Virus record (IMG/VR): IMGVR_UViG_3300013383_000001 | Location: 102,365-166,364 of that record | DNA length: 64,000 bases | Strand: one strand, 5' to 3' | DNA from: a virus | Taxonomy: Duplodnaviria > Caudoviricetes | In this document: positions 22,623 to 32,831 of the stretch, one piece after another | How the letters are laid out: every line of letters starts with the position of its first letter | Numbering within the stretch: position 1 is the stretch's first letter | Translations under genes and position numbers: made by a program | Notes under the pieces: model-generated | What the model was told of the DNA's origin: nothing | The model's database searches: none | Seen by the model: only the letters and a program-made list of their open reading frames with translations

Positions 22623-22778
22623 TCAAAAGTCAACTTCCTCTTCGGAAAGTTCTGCATACGCTTCTGCCATTTCAGCGAGTGTATCTTCTGCACCCTCATC
22701 AATATCAAGACTATCGTAGTATGCTTGATTTTCTTCTGCAATTTCGGCAAGTATATCCATTTCGTTTTCAGTATACAT
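22623..22778 (-). CDS. Very acidic 51-aa protein (not in ORF track)
   Basis: MYTENEMDILAEIAEENQAYYDSLDIDEGAEDTLAEMAEAYAELSEEEVDF fills the gap between its neighbours. Confidence 0.6.
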   Translation of the reverse strand: MYTENEMDILAEIAEENQAYYDSLDIDEGAEDTLAEMAEAYAELSEEEVDF

Positions 22779-22780
22779 AA

Positions 22781-23047
22781 TCATTCATTTAAATATTTAA
22801 TAAGTGAATCTACAACATCCTCTCCTGTCTCAGAATAAAACGCCTTAATCGCTTTATCATTCTCATATACTACTATAAAAGGATCAAGTTTAGCAGCGAA
22901 TTGATTTTTAATCTTCCATGCTTCTTTTTTTCCAGATCTAGTAGTAGAATCTATAAAATGAAGAAAAGGAGAACCTGTAATTGCATAAGGTCCTCCTAAT
23001 CTTCTTAATACTTTTGGATCATTATAGATTAAATATATATCCTTCAT
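22781..23047 (-). CDS. Hypothetical protein, possibly thioredoxin-like fold without CxxC
   Basis: DPFIVVYENDKAIKAFYSE, located downstream of RNR. Confidence 0.55.
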   Translation of the reverse strand: MKDIYLIYNDPKVLRRLGGPYAITGSPFLHFIDSTTRSGKKEAWKIKNQFAAKLDPFIVVYENDKAIKAFYSETGEDVVDSLIKYLNE

Positions 23048-23256
23048 TCAAAGATAATATATAATCCACACATCATTACTAGTACACAATCTAAAGCAAT
23101 CAATACTCCTGCTAATTTTACTATTTTCTCACTAAACGTTTCAAGAAATTCACTTTTAGAAGCAGTAGTATATACTAGTATCATCTTTAGAAAACTAACT
23201 ATTGTTACTATAATTGCTATTATAATCATATTTTTAATTGCATCGACTGAAACCAC
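23044..23256 (-). CDS. Two-TM membrane protein
   Basis: Two hydrophobic helices. Confidence 0.55.
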   Translation of the reverse strand: MVSVDAIKNMIIIAIIVTIVSFLKMILVYTTASKSEFLETFSEKIVKLAGVLIALDCVLVMMCGLYIIFE

Positions 23257-26200
23257 AGGAATTGCATTGAATGCAACCTCCAGAATGAATCAAAGTTTTC
23301 TTATGGCAGTTAGGACATTCTTCTAAAGAATTATCCTCTTCTTCAGTTTTATTTTCTACTTTAGATCCATTACATTTGCAAATAATCTCTTGCATTTCAT
23401 TGTACATGTCTTTAATTGCATTGCCGATAGCAACAGGACAACTACTTCCTTTAGAAGTATCGTTCTTTGTTGCAGATCTAACAGCATAAGAAGGACATAC
23501 ACCACAAGATTTCAATTGATCAAGAATAGAATCAACCTTAATTCCTCCTCTAGCTGCAAGTGAAATCATTCGAGATAATGAAATCATAAAGTTATTACAA
23601 CCTCCTGTAGATCCTTTAGAAAGATAAATCTCTCTTAGATCCCCAGTCTTATTATCAAAGAAACATTGAGCATGTAAGCTGCCACATCCAGTACTAAGAG
23701 TACGTTTAATTCCAAGACAATCATTACTTGAAGGAATTATAACACCTCTCTCAAGTTTATCTGATTCTTCTTTAGATTCAGAGGTAGTAAGTATACCTTG
23801 TCTACTTCCATCTCGGAATACAGTAATACCCTTTAGTCCTTTCTCCCAAGCATACCTATAAAGTCCTTTAATATCCTCTACAGTAGTAGACTCTGGGAGA
23901 TTTACAGTCGAACTAATCGCAGTATCTACATACTCTTGCATTGCTGCTTGCATTTCTACTCTTTGCTTCCATGGAGTATCATTCGCAGTTACAAAATAAG
24001 AAGGGATGTCATCATTGCCAGTTATTTCTTTATATTCATCCAATGCTTTTACATTAACTTTATAGTATGTCTCTTCTTTATTTAGAGATACTGTTCTTCT
24101 CATATAGCTTAAAGCAAAGAATGGCTCACAACCAGTCCCTATATTGAGCATAGTTCCCAATGCATTTTTGTTCCAATAAGTTCGCAACACTTATTGCGCT
24201 TTCGCAGCTTATAGTTTCCCATAAGATCAGACTATATCTTATTATTCTCTATATACGTTATCAATATTACTATTTGAATGAACAAAAGTATGACATTTAT
24301 GACATAAGCATATTAAGTTATCAAGTTGATTTGCTTCAATAGGATCATTAAATGATTTATATCATGTTTTGTCATAAATCTACGGACAGTAGTCTGTCCA
24401 ACTCCCAATTTTTTAGCAATATCTCTAGTGGATAATTCCTAATTAAAATAAAGTTCCTCAAACTCTTCTTTTGAAATAGTAATTTTACTCATAAATAAAA
24501 AATAATTTCCGTGTTTCCATTGCCATCAGCTTACAATGTACATAATAGTCGTTGAACCTATAAAATACTAAGTCAAAAGTATTTTTAGGCTGCTGATTGC
24601 CCATCTTTGATTCTGATTTAGATATTGACTCAATACCAATATTCTGCACAAATACATTGTCAATTCATCAAAATACAAAATCTAAAATTATTTTAACTAT
24701 TATTTAATTTTTATAGTAAATTTTAGCTTAAGGGTGTTCCAGCAATTAACGGAATTTATACTGAGCCATTAATAAACCAACCCAGTTGGAGCAATAGATA
24801 ACAGACTACAGTTTCTAAGTTTGTTTATTCTCTTGAATTTCTTTATTTCTTCAGTAGAAAATGCATGTTCTATTATATGAGAATCCCAAACTTTAGATGA
24901 ATATCCAGGAAAGTTTCCACGTTCTTTTGCAAGATCTACACTTGCTTGTACTGCAGTCCTAAATATTTCTCGCATTACATTTCTAACCAAGTTAACTGCA
25001 TTAGGAGATCCGTAAGTTATCTTACACTTAACAAGAAAGTCTGAAAGACCCATGACGCCTATGCCTATATTTCTAAATTTTTCTGCCATAGCTCTTTGCT
25101 CAGGTAAAGCATGACGTTCTAAGTTCTCTTCAAGTACGTCATCCATTGCTTTAACTATAACAATTATATCCTTCTTTAGATTATCCCAATCAATAGAACA
25201 ATTATCTTTAAATGGATTAATTACATATTCAGATAAATTAATAGAACAAAGGTTACAAGCAGAATTTTTAGCCAAAGGTTGTTCCTTTATTGTTATCGTG
25301 CGGGCTTTTTATCCTACACTTCCGGGAGTTTCCTCCTTACTATATTCAGATTTATCATCTGACGGAACGGCATATATTTTTATTAATTCTCTTGAAATTA
25401 ATATTGGACACTCGTGGGAGGATTATATTTATTCACCTCCTATGCTCTACGGTGATAATTCGCCTTTCGCGATCGAATTATTTACCACGGTATTATCATG
25501 CAGATAAATTATCTGTGTAGACTTCACCGTTTTTGCCCAATTTTACTGCGGCAAACGTCCACCGCAGGGGTTGCAAGTCTCTATATTATATTCTGGTACA
25601 AATTCCATAAGATTATAATTACGGAATCTATTAGTATAGATAATCCCAGGCTCTGCACTCTTCCATGCAGATTTTGCTATAGTATTAAATATTTTTTCAG
25701 GATCTATTTCTTTGGATGTATAATTCTTCCACTTTAAGGACGGGGTATAAGTTGTACCCTTATTGAGATTTTCCATAAATTCATCATTAATCTCTACAGA
25801 AAGATTCGCTTTATTTATTTCATTCGGATCTTCCTTTATAGTGATGAATGTTTCAATTTCTGGATGTTCTACTGATAAGGACATAAGTAATGCACCTTTA
25901 CGAGATCCTCCTTGGCTGATAGATTCTGTTATGGTATTAAATATATGCATAAATGGAACAATTCCATCAGATTTATATCCACCTTTTACAAGACATCCTT
26001 TGGGTCTTATCTTAGTTAAAGATAATCCTTGTCCACCTTGAGCTTTAAAGGTCTTAGCAATATCACTAGAAGCCTGCGTTATTCCATCAATAGAATCATC
26101 TATAAATCCTCTTGAATAACAATTTGAGTAGCTTCCAGTATCTCTAATACCTCTATTAGCTAAGGTTCTACCTCCAAACAGGAATTTCTTATCTTTAATC

Positions 26201-26334
26201 AACTGACGTATCTCTTTATTACCGCCACTAACTCTATCTAACCACTGATTAAAAGATTCATTTTCAAATCGATATTTTTTATTCCAAATATCGAGAGAGA
26301 GTTGATTGTTGTTAAGCCATTCTTTTTCCGTCAT
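23234..26334 (-). CDS. nrdJ: Class II (AdoCbl) ribonucleotide reductase in 3 exons: 26334-25561, 25284-24780, 24162-23234 (735 aa spliced)
   Basis: Splicing restores NPCG|EQPL and SIAPTG(S)|LGTML. Exons total 2208 nt, in frame. Also SNC, ISSTVN, KGITVFRDGSR, TSCPD-like domain and C-terminal Zn ribbon. Confidence 0.9.
24163..24779 (-). mobile_element. Group I intron 2 in nrdJ (617 nt) with HNH remnant
   Basis: P1 CUGGGU/GCUCAG. Core AAUUGCUGGAA, AAUCAGCAG, CAACGACUA, AAGAUAUAGUCU. Terminal G. Confidence 0.9.
24242..24492 (-). pseudogene. Internally deleted HNH homing endonuclease within intron 2
   Basis: N-terminal HTH (YFN[TAG]ELSTRDIAKKLGVGQTTVRR) out of frame with the C-terminal NQLDNLICLCHKCHTFVH. 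Confidence 0.7.
25285..25560 (-). mobile_element. Group I intron 1 in nrdJ (276 nt, no ORF)
   Basis: Exon ends in U and intron ends in G. P1 CUGCGGU/GCCGCAG with U.G. P7-like GCAUA/UAUGC. Confidence 0.85.
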
Positions 26335-27175
26335 TTACAGTCCATAAATAAGGTTCAAATATTTTCTTAAAATCCTTTTCCATATCTTTTTTTACTTCTA
26401 TATTCTTATGCTTATAATCTACCTTAGCATAAGGATAAACATTATCCTTTGTTATAAATGCAGAATTATAAATAGCACATACTAGATCAGATCCAACTGC
26501 ACCAAGGAAATCTTCTTTAGTATCAAAGTCCTCAGTATATATATCAAGGTCTAAGAAATAAAGAAGAAATTCAGAATATACATCAAATGCAGTATTCCAC
26601 CATTCTTCTGCTACATCTTCATGTGCAAGTTTAGACAAAGTTATCTCTTTTATGTCACTTCTCCAAGTTGGATTCTTCTCAAGGACTCTTTCAGCTACGG
26701 AAGTAGGAGATGCACCTAAAGCAATAGAAGAATCAAACATTGTTTCATAGTAATCAGGCTTATAAAAATTCTTATAATCCTCTAATACCTGTATAACTTT
26801 AGCAGCATCAGGAGTAAGTTTATCTAATGTAGGAACTTTCTCTGCTCCTCTTCCAAATTCCTTAGTATATGTATTTTTAAATCCACCTCCATCTTTAAGA
26901 AGAGATATTATAAAATTCATATTCTCACTCCAGTGATCTCTAATGTTATATATATTTTTATACTTATTAAGTATTTCTCTATACTTAAAGTTAGATAAAT
27001 AATGTTCCTCATATAACTTTCTATCAGGAAATTCCTTTTGTATCTGAAGGATTTCATCAAGAGTTATAGAAGGATAAGATTCTACATACATTTCATTCAG
27101 ACACTCCTTATATGCCTGTTCAATACAATCTCTACGACTTTTCATATTGCCATTATATTGGAAACTAACCAGCAT
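26312..27175 (-). CDS. Hypothetical protein
   Basis: 287-aa ORF, start probably at MKSRR. Confidence 0.65.
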   Translation of the reverse strand: MLVSFQYNGNMKSRRDCIEQAYKECLNEMYVESYPSITLDEILQIQKEFPDRKLYEEHYLSNFKYREILNKYKNIYNIRDHWSENMNFIISLLKDGGGFKNTYTKEFGRGAEKVPTLDKLTPDAAKVIQVLEDYKNFYKPDYYETMFDSSIALGASPTSVAERVLEKNPTWRSDIKEITLSKLAHEDVAEEWWNTAFDVYSEFLLYFLDLDIYTEDFDTKEDFLGAVGSDLVCAIYNSAFITKDNVYPYAKVDYKHKNIEVKKDMEKDFKKIFEPYLWTVNDGKRMA

Positions 27176-27906
27176 TTTTCAAATTTATTAACTATATCTT
27201 TCCCTTTATCATTACAAATAAGATTAGTGAAAGCATTGTAAGCATCAAACAAACAAATATCCCCAGATTCAGTAAAATAATCGGAATCTTTGTTTATAAC
27301 AAGATCTTTATATGCTTCTACTGGAATACTCTCTGCGAGTTTTACTTTACCATAACCATTATTATAAGAACTATTAATAGTTCTATCAATCCATTGTCCG
27401 AGATAATCAGTTAATTCATCTCTCTTTATAAATGTGTTAGACATCATTTCGAGTGTTGCTTTAGTATTATCTGTCATCTCCATTACAACTGAAGCAAATG
27501 TATAATCCATAGCTCTTTCAGGTTCAAGCTCCTGAACTAAAAGATGCTCTGGATTAAATACACACATATTTAAACAAGCCATTCTAACTGTATTTTTAAA
27601 GATCTTATAAATTGGCTTACGAGTGTCAAGAGCATAAAGTAAGCTAACAGATTGTTTGTGACCATCCATTGCATAATCATCTGGGAGAATAGCCTCAACC
27701 CACACTCTAGAATATGAATTATTAATTTCTCCGTTATCAGAAGTCATAGACATAATATCTGGATTTTTAACATTTATAATAAAATTATTAGTGTATTTAC
27801 TCATTTTTTCTAAAAATGGTTCTACATAGGCAGATGTAGAAAAAAATCTATTATTTTTAATTATTAAAGGTTTTCCTTCATAAAGTTGGTTCATTGTTAT
27901 TTCCAT
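27142..27906 (-). CDS. DUF932/DUF945-like protein
   Basis: RMACLNMCVF motif and C-terminal LFDAYNAFT. Confidence 0.6.
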   Translation of the reverse strand: MEITMNQLYEGKPLIIKNNRFFSTSAYVEPFLEKMSKYTNNFIINVKNPDIMSMTSDNGEINNSYSRVWVEAILPDDYAMDGHKQSVSLLYALDTRKPIYKIFKNTVRMACLNMCVFNPEHLLVQELEPERAMDYTFASVVMEMTDNTKATLEMMSNTFIKRDELTDYLGQWIDRTINSSYNNGYGKVKLAESIPVEAYKDLVINKDSDYFTESGDICLFDAYNAFTNLICNDKGKDIVNKFEKCWLVSNIMAI

Positions 27907-27917
27907 ATAATATTCTT

Positions 27918-27957
27918 AAAAATAAAAGAAGAGAAGAGTAATACTACTCTTCCCTTC
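27918..27957 (-). terminator. Intrinsic terminator
   Basis: GAAGGGAAGAGTA/TACTCTTCTCTTC stem plus T-tract on the minus strand. Confidence 0.75.
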
Positions 27958-27964
27958 ATATTAG

Positions 27965-28318
27965 TTATTCGTAAAAATCTATTTCTTCGATATTCACTCC
28001 ACACCAATCTCTCCAATCATAATATCTGTTATATGCTTTCTGGAGATCTTCAATACTATACTTAGGAAATAGTTTATGGAGATTTTCTACTTCATTATCA
28101 TCTTCCTCTTCTATTCCATGCTCTTCATTGTAATCCCATAATCTACAAAGGAGTTTATCATATAATTCACTAGATATGACTCCATGTTCATTATGTTCAT
28201 CTTCAATCTCTTTTTGAAGCATTTCTGCTTTCTCTTTGGTGGTGCAAACGGCAAAAACATGTTCCCATCTATCTTCCCATTCTCCACCAAATTCACTAAC
28301 TACATAAACCTTTCTCAT
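27965..28318 (-). CDS. Hypothetical protein
   Basis: KVYVV...VCTTKEKA motif shared with several small ORFs. Confidence 0.65.
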   Translation of the reverse strand: MRKVYVVSEFGGEWEDRWEHVFAVCTTKEKAEMLQKEIEDEHNEHGVISSELYDKLLCRLWDYNEEHGIEEEDDNEVENLHKLFPKYSIEDLQKAYNRYYDWRDWCGVNIEEIDFYE

Positions 28319-28477
28319 ATTGTTTTAAGATATTCTTCAAGTTCTTTACGAGTAATTCCTTCAAGTACACAGCATTGTACTTTAGAAAGATATTGTGTTC
28401 CTTTATAAGTTACAGGAACTGCCTTATGATTAGGCTTGTAATTTTCAAAACTATAAAATGATTTCTTATCCATAATA

Positions 28478-28756
28478 TTAATTTTTAAAAGGTAGAAATT
28501 TAAATGTTATATGTTCTTCACTTGATTCTATTATTTTAGTAAGTAGACTTGATAGAGAATCCTCAACTAATTCTGGAACATTATTAATGTTTATATAGTA
28601 TCGCCAATCCTCATTATCGTAATGATAAGCAATATATCCTCTAACATTACCATCAAGAAGTACAAGTATAATTCCTTCGGAATCTGAATATATATCAGAA
28701 GAAAGTACTGTATCCTTAGGTACTTTAGTTATAGGAATAAGATCTAAAAGTTTCAT
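28478..28756 (-). CDS. Hypothetical protein, GIILV family member 1
   Basis: SEGIILVLLDGNVRGYI. Confidence 0.65.
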   Translation of the reverse strand: MKLLDLIPITKVPKDTVLSSDIYSDSEGIILVLLDGNVRGYIAYHYDNEDWRYYININNVPELVEDSLSSLLTKIIESSEEHITFKFLPFKN

Positions 28757-28757
28757 A

Positions 28758-29378
28758 TTATAAACAATTTAAATATATTTCTCTAAATACTTTATTTATT
28801 TCAAATGCTTCTGCATGCTTTTCACCAGTTAATTCCTCAATATGGCATTCGTTATAATGATCGTTGACCCAATTCATAACAAGTGCTTTTGCTTTAGGAA
28901 GTTTACTATAAAGTTTAGAAGCACTTAATCCTGATTCTTCAATTAAAGGTAAGACTTCTTTAATTAAGTCTTCTATTTGAGATTTAAAAATATACCCATA
29001 AAAATAGGCAGAGTTGAGACAAAATACAAGACAATCTTTCTTTACAGTTTCTTCAAGTTGAGAATAATATCCAAGTACTTGAATTAACTGCTTAGTTATT
29101 TGTATGCGACTAGCAGTTACATCTCTCTTAGATTCTTGTAAACCATAAAATGCAATTACTCTATTTTTATATCTAAATCGCATAAGACCATCAGTCCATC
29201 CTTTTTTAATTATGTCTACTTTACCTATACTGGTTAACAAAGTGTTATTATTATAAACAGTTTCAATAACTGCTTCTTTATCTACTTTACCCCAGTAAGG
29301 TGTATCTATATAAAAATCAGGACAAAAGTCAGTTCCTTTTATAATAGTAAGGAAATTCTTAGGAAGTCTTTGTCTCAT
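28758..29378 (-). CDS. Hypothetical protein, possible PD-(D/E)XK-like fold
   Basis: WTDG...LQESK...Q.LGY resembles a nuclease core (weak). Confidence 0.55.
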   Translation of the reverse strand: MRQRLPKNFLTIIKGTDFCPDFYIDTPYWGKVDKEAVIETVYNNNTLLTSIGKVDIIKKGWTDGLMRFRYKNRVIAFYGLQESKRDVTASRIQITKQLIQVLGYYSQLEETVKKDCLVFCLNSAYFYGYIFKSQIEDLIKEVLPLIEESGLSASKLYSKLPKAKALVMNWVNDHYNECHIEELTGEKHAEAFEINKVFREIYLNCL

Positions 29379-29725
29379 TACTCGTATACATCATAATAAA
29401 TGGGAAGATACTCAAATCTACATTCTCCCTCATAGTCCAATATATCATCAATTAAAGACTTGAGGGAACTACTAGAGCAAACACTATCCTTTAAAGATAG
29501 GCTTTTAATCATGTGCCAAGTTACACCGATTTCATTCTCTCTATCATTATATGTACTAATAATATACCCTATCAAGTAATTCTCTTTGTCATATACGAGA
29601 ATTACACCATTTGATTTTTCATTTAAACATTCTACTGCAACCTGTGCAATATCACGATCATGTATTATTTCCATTACGATTTTTAATTCAGTTACGATTT
29701 TAAACAAGAAAAGGAGATCCTCCAT
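29378..29725 (-). CDS. Hypothetical protein, GIILV family member 2 (start probably MEIIHD)
   Basis: SNGVILVYDKENYLIGYI. Confidence 0.6.
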   Translation of the reverse strand: MEDLLFLFKIVTELKIVMEIIHDRDIAQVAVECLNEKSNGVILVYDKENYLIGYIISTYNDRENEIGVTWHMIKSLSLKDSVCSSSSLKSLIDDILDYEGECRFEYLPIYYDVYE

Positions 29726-29742
29726 TACTGGAGAACCTCCTT
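29703..29742 (-). terminator. Intrinsic terminator
   Basis: AAGGAG..CTCCA/TGGAG..CTCCTT stem then TTCTTGTTT. Confidence 0.65.
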
Positions 29743-29776
29743 AAATAAAAGATTATTAATTTATTGACCTTGCAAA

Positions 29777-30310
29777 TTAGTCACGTTCTACACCAAATAC
29801 CATATAGCTACCAATACGAGCATTCTTAGAAGGAGTATACTTAATCTTGAATGCAATGGGAGAACCTTCTACAACCTCCTTAATTACATTGCAAGTAAGA
29901 TCACCACGATAACCATTCTTATAAAGCTCCTTAGCTTCTGCAATAGCATCTGCCTTAGTGCCATCGCAACGCTTAACGATTGTACCATTGTCATCAATAA
30001 GTGCATGAACAGTCTTCCACTTACGAGCACCATCACGCTTAACTGACTCAACAGTATAAGGACGCTCACGAGTGCTTGCTACAGCTGCTTCGAGAGTAAT
30101 TGCGAAACCTACACCAGGAACACACTTAGTCTTCTTCTCGAGGTAGTCAATCATAAACTGCTTCTTATCTGCCTCTGTAATAGCATTAGTCTGCTTCTTA
30201 CGCCATGCTGTATATGCCTGTGTAGCATCACCCATAATCTCAAAAGGAGCCTTCTCCATTGCTTCTGTCTTAGTTGCACCACTTACTTCAAGAGTTTTAA
30301 AATTTACCAT
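29777..30310 (-). CDS. Hypothetical protein, probably highly expressed and monocistronic
   Basis: Strong AAG/CGT/GGT codon bias, own promoter and terminator. Confidence 0.75.
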   Translation of the reverse strand: MVNFKTLEVSGATKTEAMEKAPFEIMGDATQAYTAWRKKQTNAITEADKKQFMIDYLEKKTKCVPGVGFAITLEAAVASTRERPYTVESVKRDGARKWKTVHALIDDNGTIVKRCDGTKADAIAEAKELYKNGYRGDLTCNVIKEVVEGSPIAFKIKYTPSKNARIGSYMVFGVERD

Positions 30311-30388
30311 ATTACAAAAAAATTTAGTTTAACATTAATTCATATTTATCATCTAGAACTCTGTCATTAATCTCATTTCTAAGTACTG

Positions 30389-30419
30389 CAAACTTACTAT
30401 TCCTAATTTACTACCCAAA
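30389..30419 (-). promoter_or_regulatory. Bacteroidota-type -33/-7 promoter
   Basis: TTTG-N19-TAAGTTTG matches the TTTG/TAnnTTTG consensus. Confidence 0.75.
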
Positions 30420-30498
30420 ATTGAGCATTAGAATTTTGAGTTAATAAAAGTTAAGAGATTTATTTACAATGATAATCTAACAGAATCTACAAACCTAT

Positions 30499-30831
30499 TC
30501 AAAATGGTAGATACATTTGAAGAATAGATTTTATCTTATTAGGTATTTCTTTATCCTGTAATCCGAATGTGGGAAATTCTTTACAACCGTATGCAAAATC
30601 TTCACATACTATTGCTAAGCCTTCCATTATGACATCTGTAAGATTACATTTACCTTTATTATTAATCTGTTTGATTATATCTAAGTAGGTTATATTAGGT
30701 TTCTTTGGATGAATCTTAGAATATAAATAACCAATAAGACTTATAAGTGCAAATTTAGTATTTATATCTGTATTTAAATATCCTAGAGAAAATTTACCTG
30801 CATAGAGTAATCTTTTATCAGAAAAATTCAT
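30499..30831 (-). CDS. Hypothetical protein
   Basis: 110-aa ORF following the wHTH gene. Confidence 0.65.
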   Translation of the reverse strand: MNFSDKRLLYAGKFSLGYLNTDINTKFALISLIGYLYSKIHPKKPNITYLDIIKQINNKGKCNLTDVIMEGLAIVCEDFAYGCKEFPTFGLQDKEIPNKIKSILQMYLPF

Positions 30832-30833
30832 AA

Positions 30834-31535
30834 TTAAAGATAAAACTTCATTTTCTTCGGAATGTTTAATTTGTTCTGAATCTCTTCAAGAGTTCGCTTC
30901 ATCTCCTCGTTTTCACGCTTAAGTTTATTAATATCTTCTGTATTTGTTTCAATTCTTTGATCAATATCTCTGAATTTTAGGATAAATAATTGATCAAGTT
31001 CTCTCAAATTAAAAGACTTAGTTAAACTAGAAGAGCCACTTAAATATCCTTTGCGTTCTAATTCTTTGTTACACTTACTTATAGTAGCAACAGGCATATT
31101 TATACGTTCACTTAATTCTTTATTAGTGAAACTTACTCTTCCTTCTTCGGTATCTTCATCTTTATACATATATTGTTGAGTAGCTACTATGTATGCTTTT
31201 TCAGTAAATGTTAGGTTCGGGTTATCTAAAAAATCATAAGAAAATGCTTCGAATTTCTTCTTATTATTAAATTTATAGAAGATTCTTCTACCTTCTTTAC
31301 GAGTTTCTAAGTATCCTTCTTTGACAAGATTATCTACACATTTTTTGATAGTTTTAGCAGCTGCTCCCGTACATCTAGTAATCTCTGCATAACTTGGATA
31401 ACATTCCATTGTTTTCTTATTCATATACCTACGAATTGTAAGATATATCAATTTGTCTTTAGGATCCAAGTCCGGTTGAGGTTCACTATTTTCTTCGTGT
31501 GGATAAATTACATATTGATTCTTTGTATATTCCAT
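30834..31535 (-). CDS. Double winged-HTH, replication-initiator-like protein (paralog of 8636..9379)
   Basis: DLDPKDKLIY...CYPSYAEI...AYIVATQQYMYKD...ELSERINMP. Confidence 0.7.
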   Translation of the reverse strand: MEYTKNQYVIYPHEENSEPQPDLDPKDKLIYLTIRRYMNKKTMECYPSYAEITRCTGAAAKTIKKCVDNLVKEGYLETRKEGRRIFYKFNNKKKFEAFSYDFLDNPNLTFTEKAYIVATQQYMYKDEDTEEGRVSFTNKELSERINMPVATISKCNKELERKGYLSGSSSLTKSFNLRELDQLFILKFRDIDQRIETNTEDINKLKRENEEMKRTLEEIQNKLNIPKKMKFYL

Positions 31536-31559
31536 AATAACTCATTATTGATTATGGTA

Positions 31560-31590
31560 CAAATATATTAATAATATGAACTATGCCAAA
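31560..31590 (-). promoter_or_regulatory. Bacteroidota-type -33/-7 promoter
   Basis: TTTG-N19-TATATTTG upstream of the wHTH gene. Confidence 0.7.
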
Positions 31591-31613
31591 TAAAGTTTAG
31601 TTAAATACTGTTA

Positions 31614-31732
31614 AATCTACCAGTTACCAAGATAATCTATGAGGGCTCAAGATAATCTATCAGCTACCAAGATAATCTATCAGATACCAACTAACTATAC
31701 TTAATACTATACTTAACTATAACTATACTTAA
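31614..31732. repeat. Iteron-like 20-nt repeats x4 plus ACTATACTTA triad
   Basis: AATCTAnCAGnTACCAAGAT-type unit with period 20, followed by ACTATACTTA x3. Confidence 0.8.
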
Positions 31733-31773
31733 TGCGCTTTTTGGAGATATTTGGATTCACGAATTATCCTTTT

Positions 31774-32802
31774 CTAGATCCACACACCAAAATCACTATG
31801 TTCCTTTGCTATATTTTCTGCAACCAATTTAAAAAGAATAGTAAACTGTTTCCACCCTTCATAATACATAAATTTAGTCATTGGAACTACTTTAGTATAA
31901 TATTTTGGAATAGTTGATACAACTAGATAGTTTCCTTTAATTATAGGATTATCCATTTCATAATATTTCTTAGCACAAAGACTTAATAAGAAGCTGTAGA
32001 AAGCAAGCTCCCTATTATAGCTATAAGCAGAAATGTTCTTGTCGAACTCTGATACAATTCTGCCTAATGTCTTTACATCATTTACAGTAATCGTATTATT
32101 CTCTTTATCTATAGTATAATTATCAAGTTTTGCCTTAAGTTTAATAATGAAATTTGCATCATATTCCGGCACATTTACTTCCACATCAAGAAGTATTGCT
32201 TGTTCATTCTCGCTGATAGGATCTTCAAGCATACCTTTCGGATGAAGAAGTTTTTGCACTGACCTATTGTTATCCAGTGCCTTGATACACTCACAGGCTG
32301 CCTGACGAGTTTTCTCATCCAAGTAGATCAATTCCTTGTCTGAGGTATATGATTGCTCATATTCACGTCTTTGATGCCAGTATGGACGACACTTCTCAAG
32401 TACCGAATTAATCTGACTTTCATTGAGCAATCCTTTATAATAGTCAACAGCAACAGCAGCTTCACATATATCCTCAATAGTTATATCTCTATCTTTAAAA
32501 ATAGGATATAATTTATCTGCAATAAGTCCTACCTTTGCTGTAGGTTTATTTATAGATTCCACTATCTCAAATAAATCCTTCTGGAGGGTCAATTCGTGGA
32601 CTGCGCTTCCGAGAGCCAAACTCGAACTAAAGAATGGTTTAAATCCTTCAACGAATTTTTCAAAATTTCCCTCTTTATTAGGATCGATTAGGTTTAATCG
32701 TGAGTTAGACAGATAGTTTTTATATTTTTTACTGAAATAAACGGAATCGTCTATTTTTTCTAATCGCAGTGTATCAAGTAATATCTTTATATCCATAAAC
32801 AA
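31774..32802 (-). CDS. PD-(D/E)XK exonuclease (RecE/DUF3799-like)
   Basis: LSNSRL, GSAVHEL, KAKLDN...NDVKT, YNRELAFY. Confidence 0.8.
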   Translation of the reverse strand: MFMDIKILLDTLRLEKIDDSVYFSKKYKNYLSNSRLNLIDPNKEGNFEKFVEGFKPFFSSSLALGSAVHELTLQKDLFEIVESINKPTAKVGLIADKLYPIFKDRDITIEDICEAAVAVDYYKGLLNESQINSVLEKCRPYWHQRREYEQSYTSDKELIYLDEKTRQAACECIKALDNNRSVQKLLHPKGMLEDPISENEQAILLDVEVNVPEYDANFIIKLKAKLDNYTIDKENNTITVNDVKTLGRIVSEFDKNISAYSYNRELAFYSFLLSLCAKKYYEMDNPIIKGNYLVVSTIPKYYTKVVPMTKFMYYEGWKQFTILFKLVAENIAKEHSDFGVWI

Positions 32803-32828
32803 GAAAAGAGGAGATTAAATCTCCTCTC
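32798..32828 (-). terminator. Intrinsic terminator
   Basis: AGAGGAGAT/ATCTCCTCT stem then TTTCTTGTTT. Confidence 0.7.
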
Positions 32829-32831
32829 TAT

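Noticed and set aside
24769-25275. RNR fragments as separate genes or an intein-split gene
   Set aside because: The gaps carry group I intron cores and exact splicing restores the conserved motifs.
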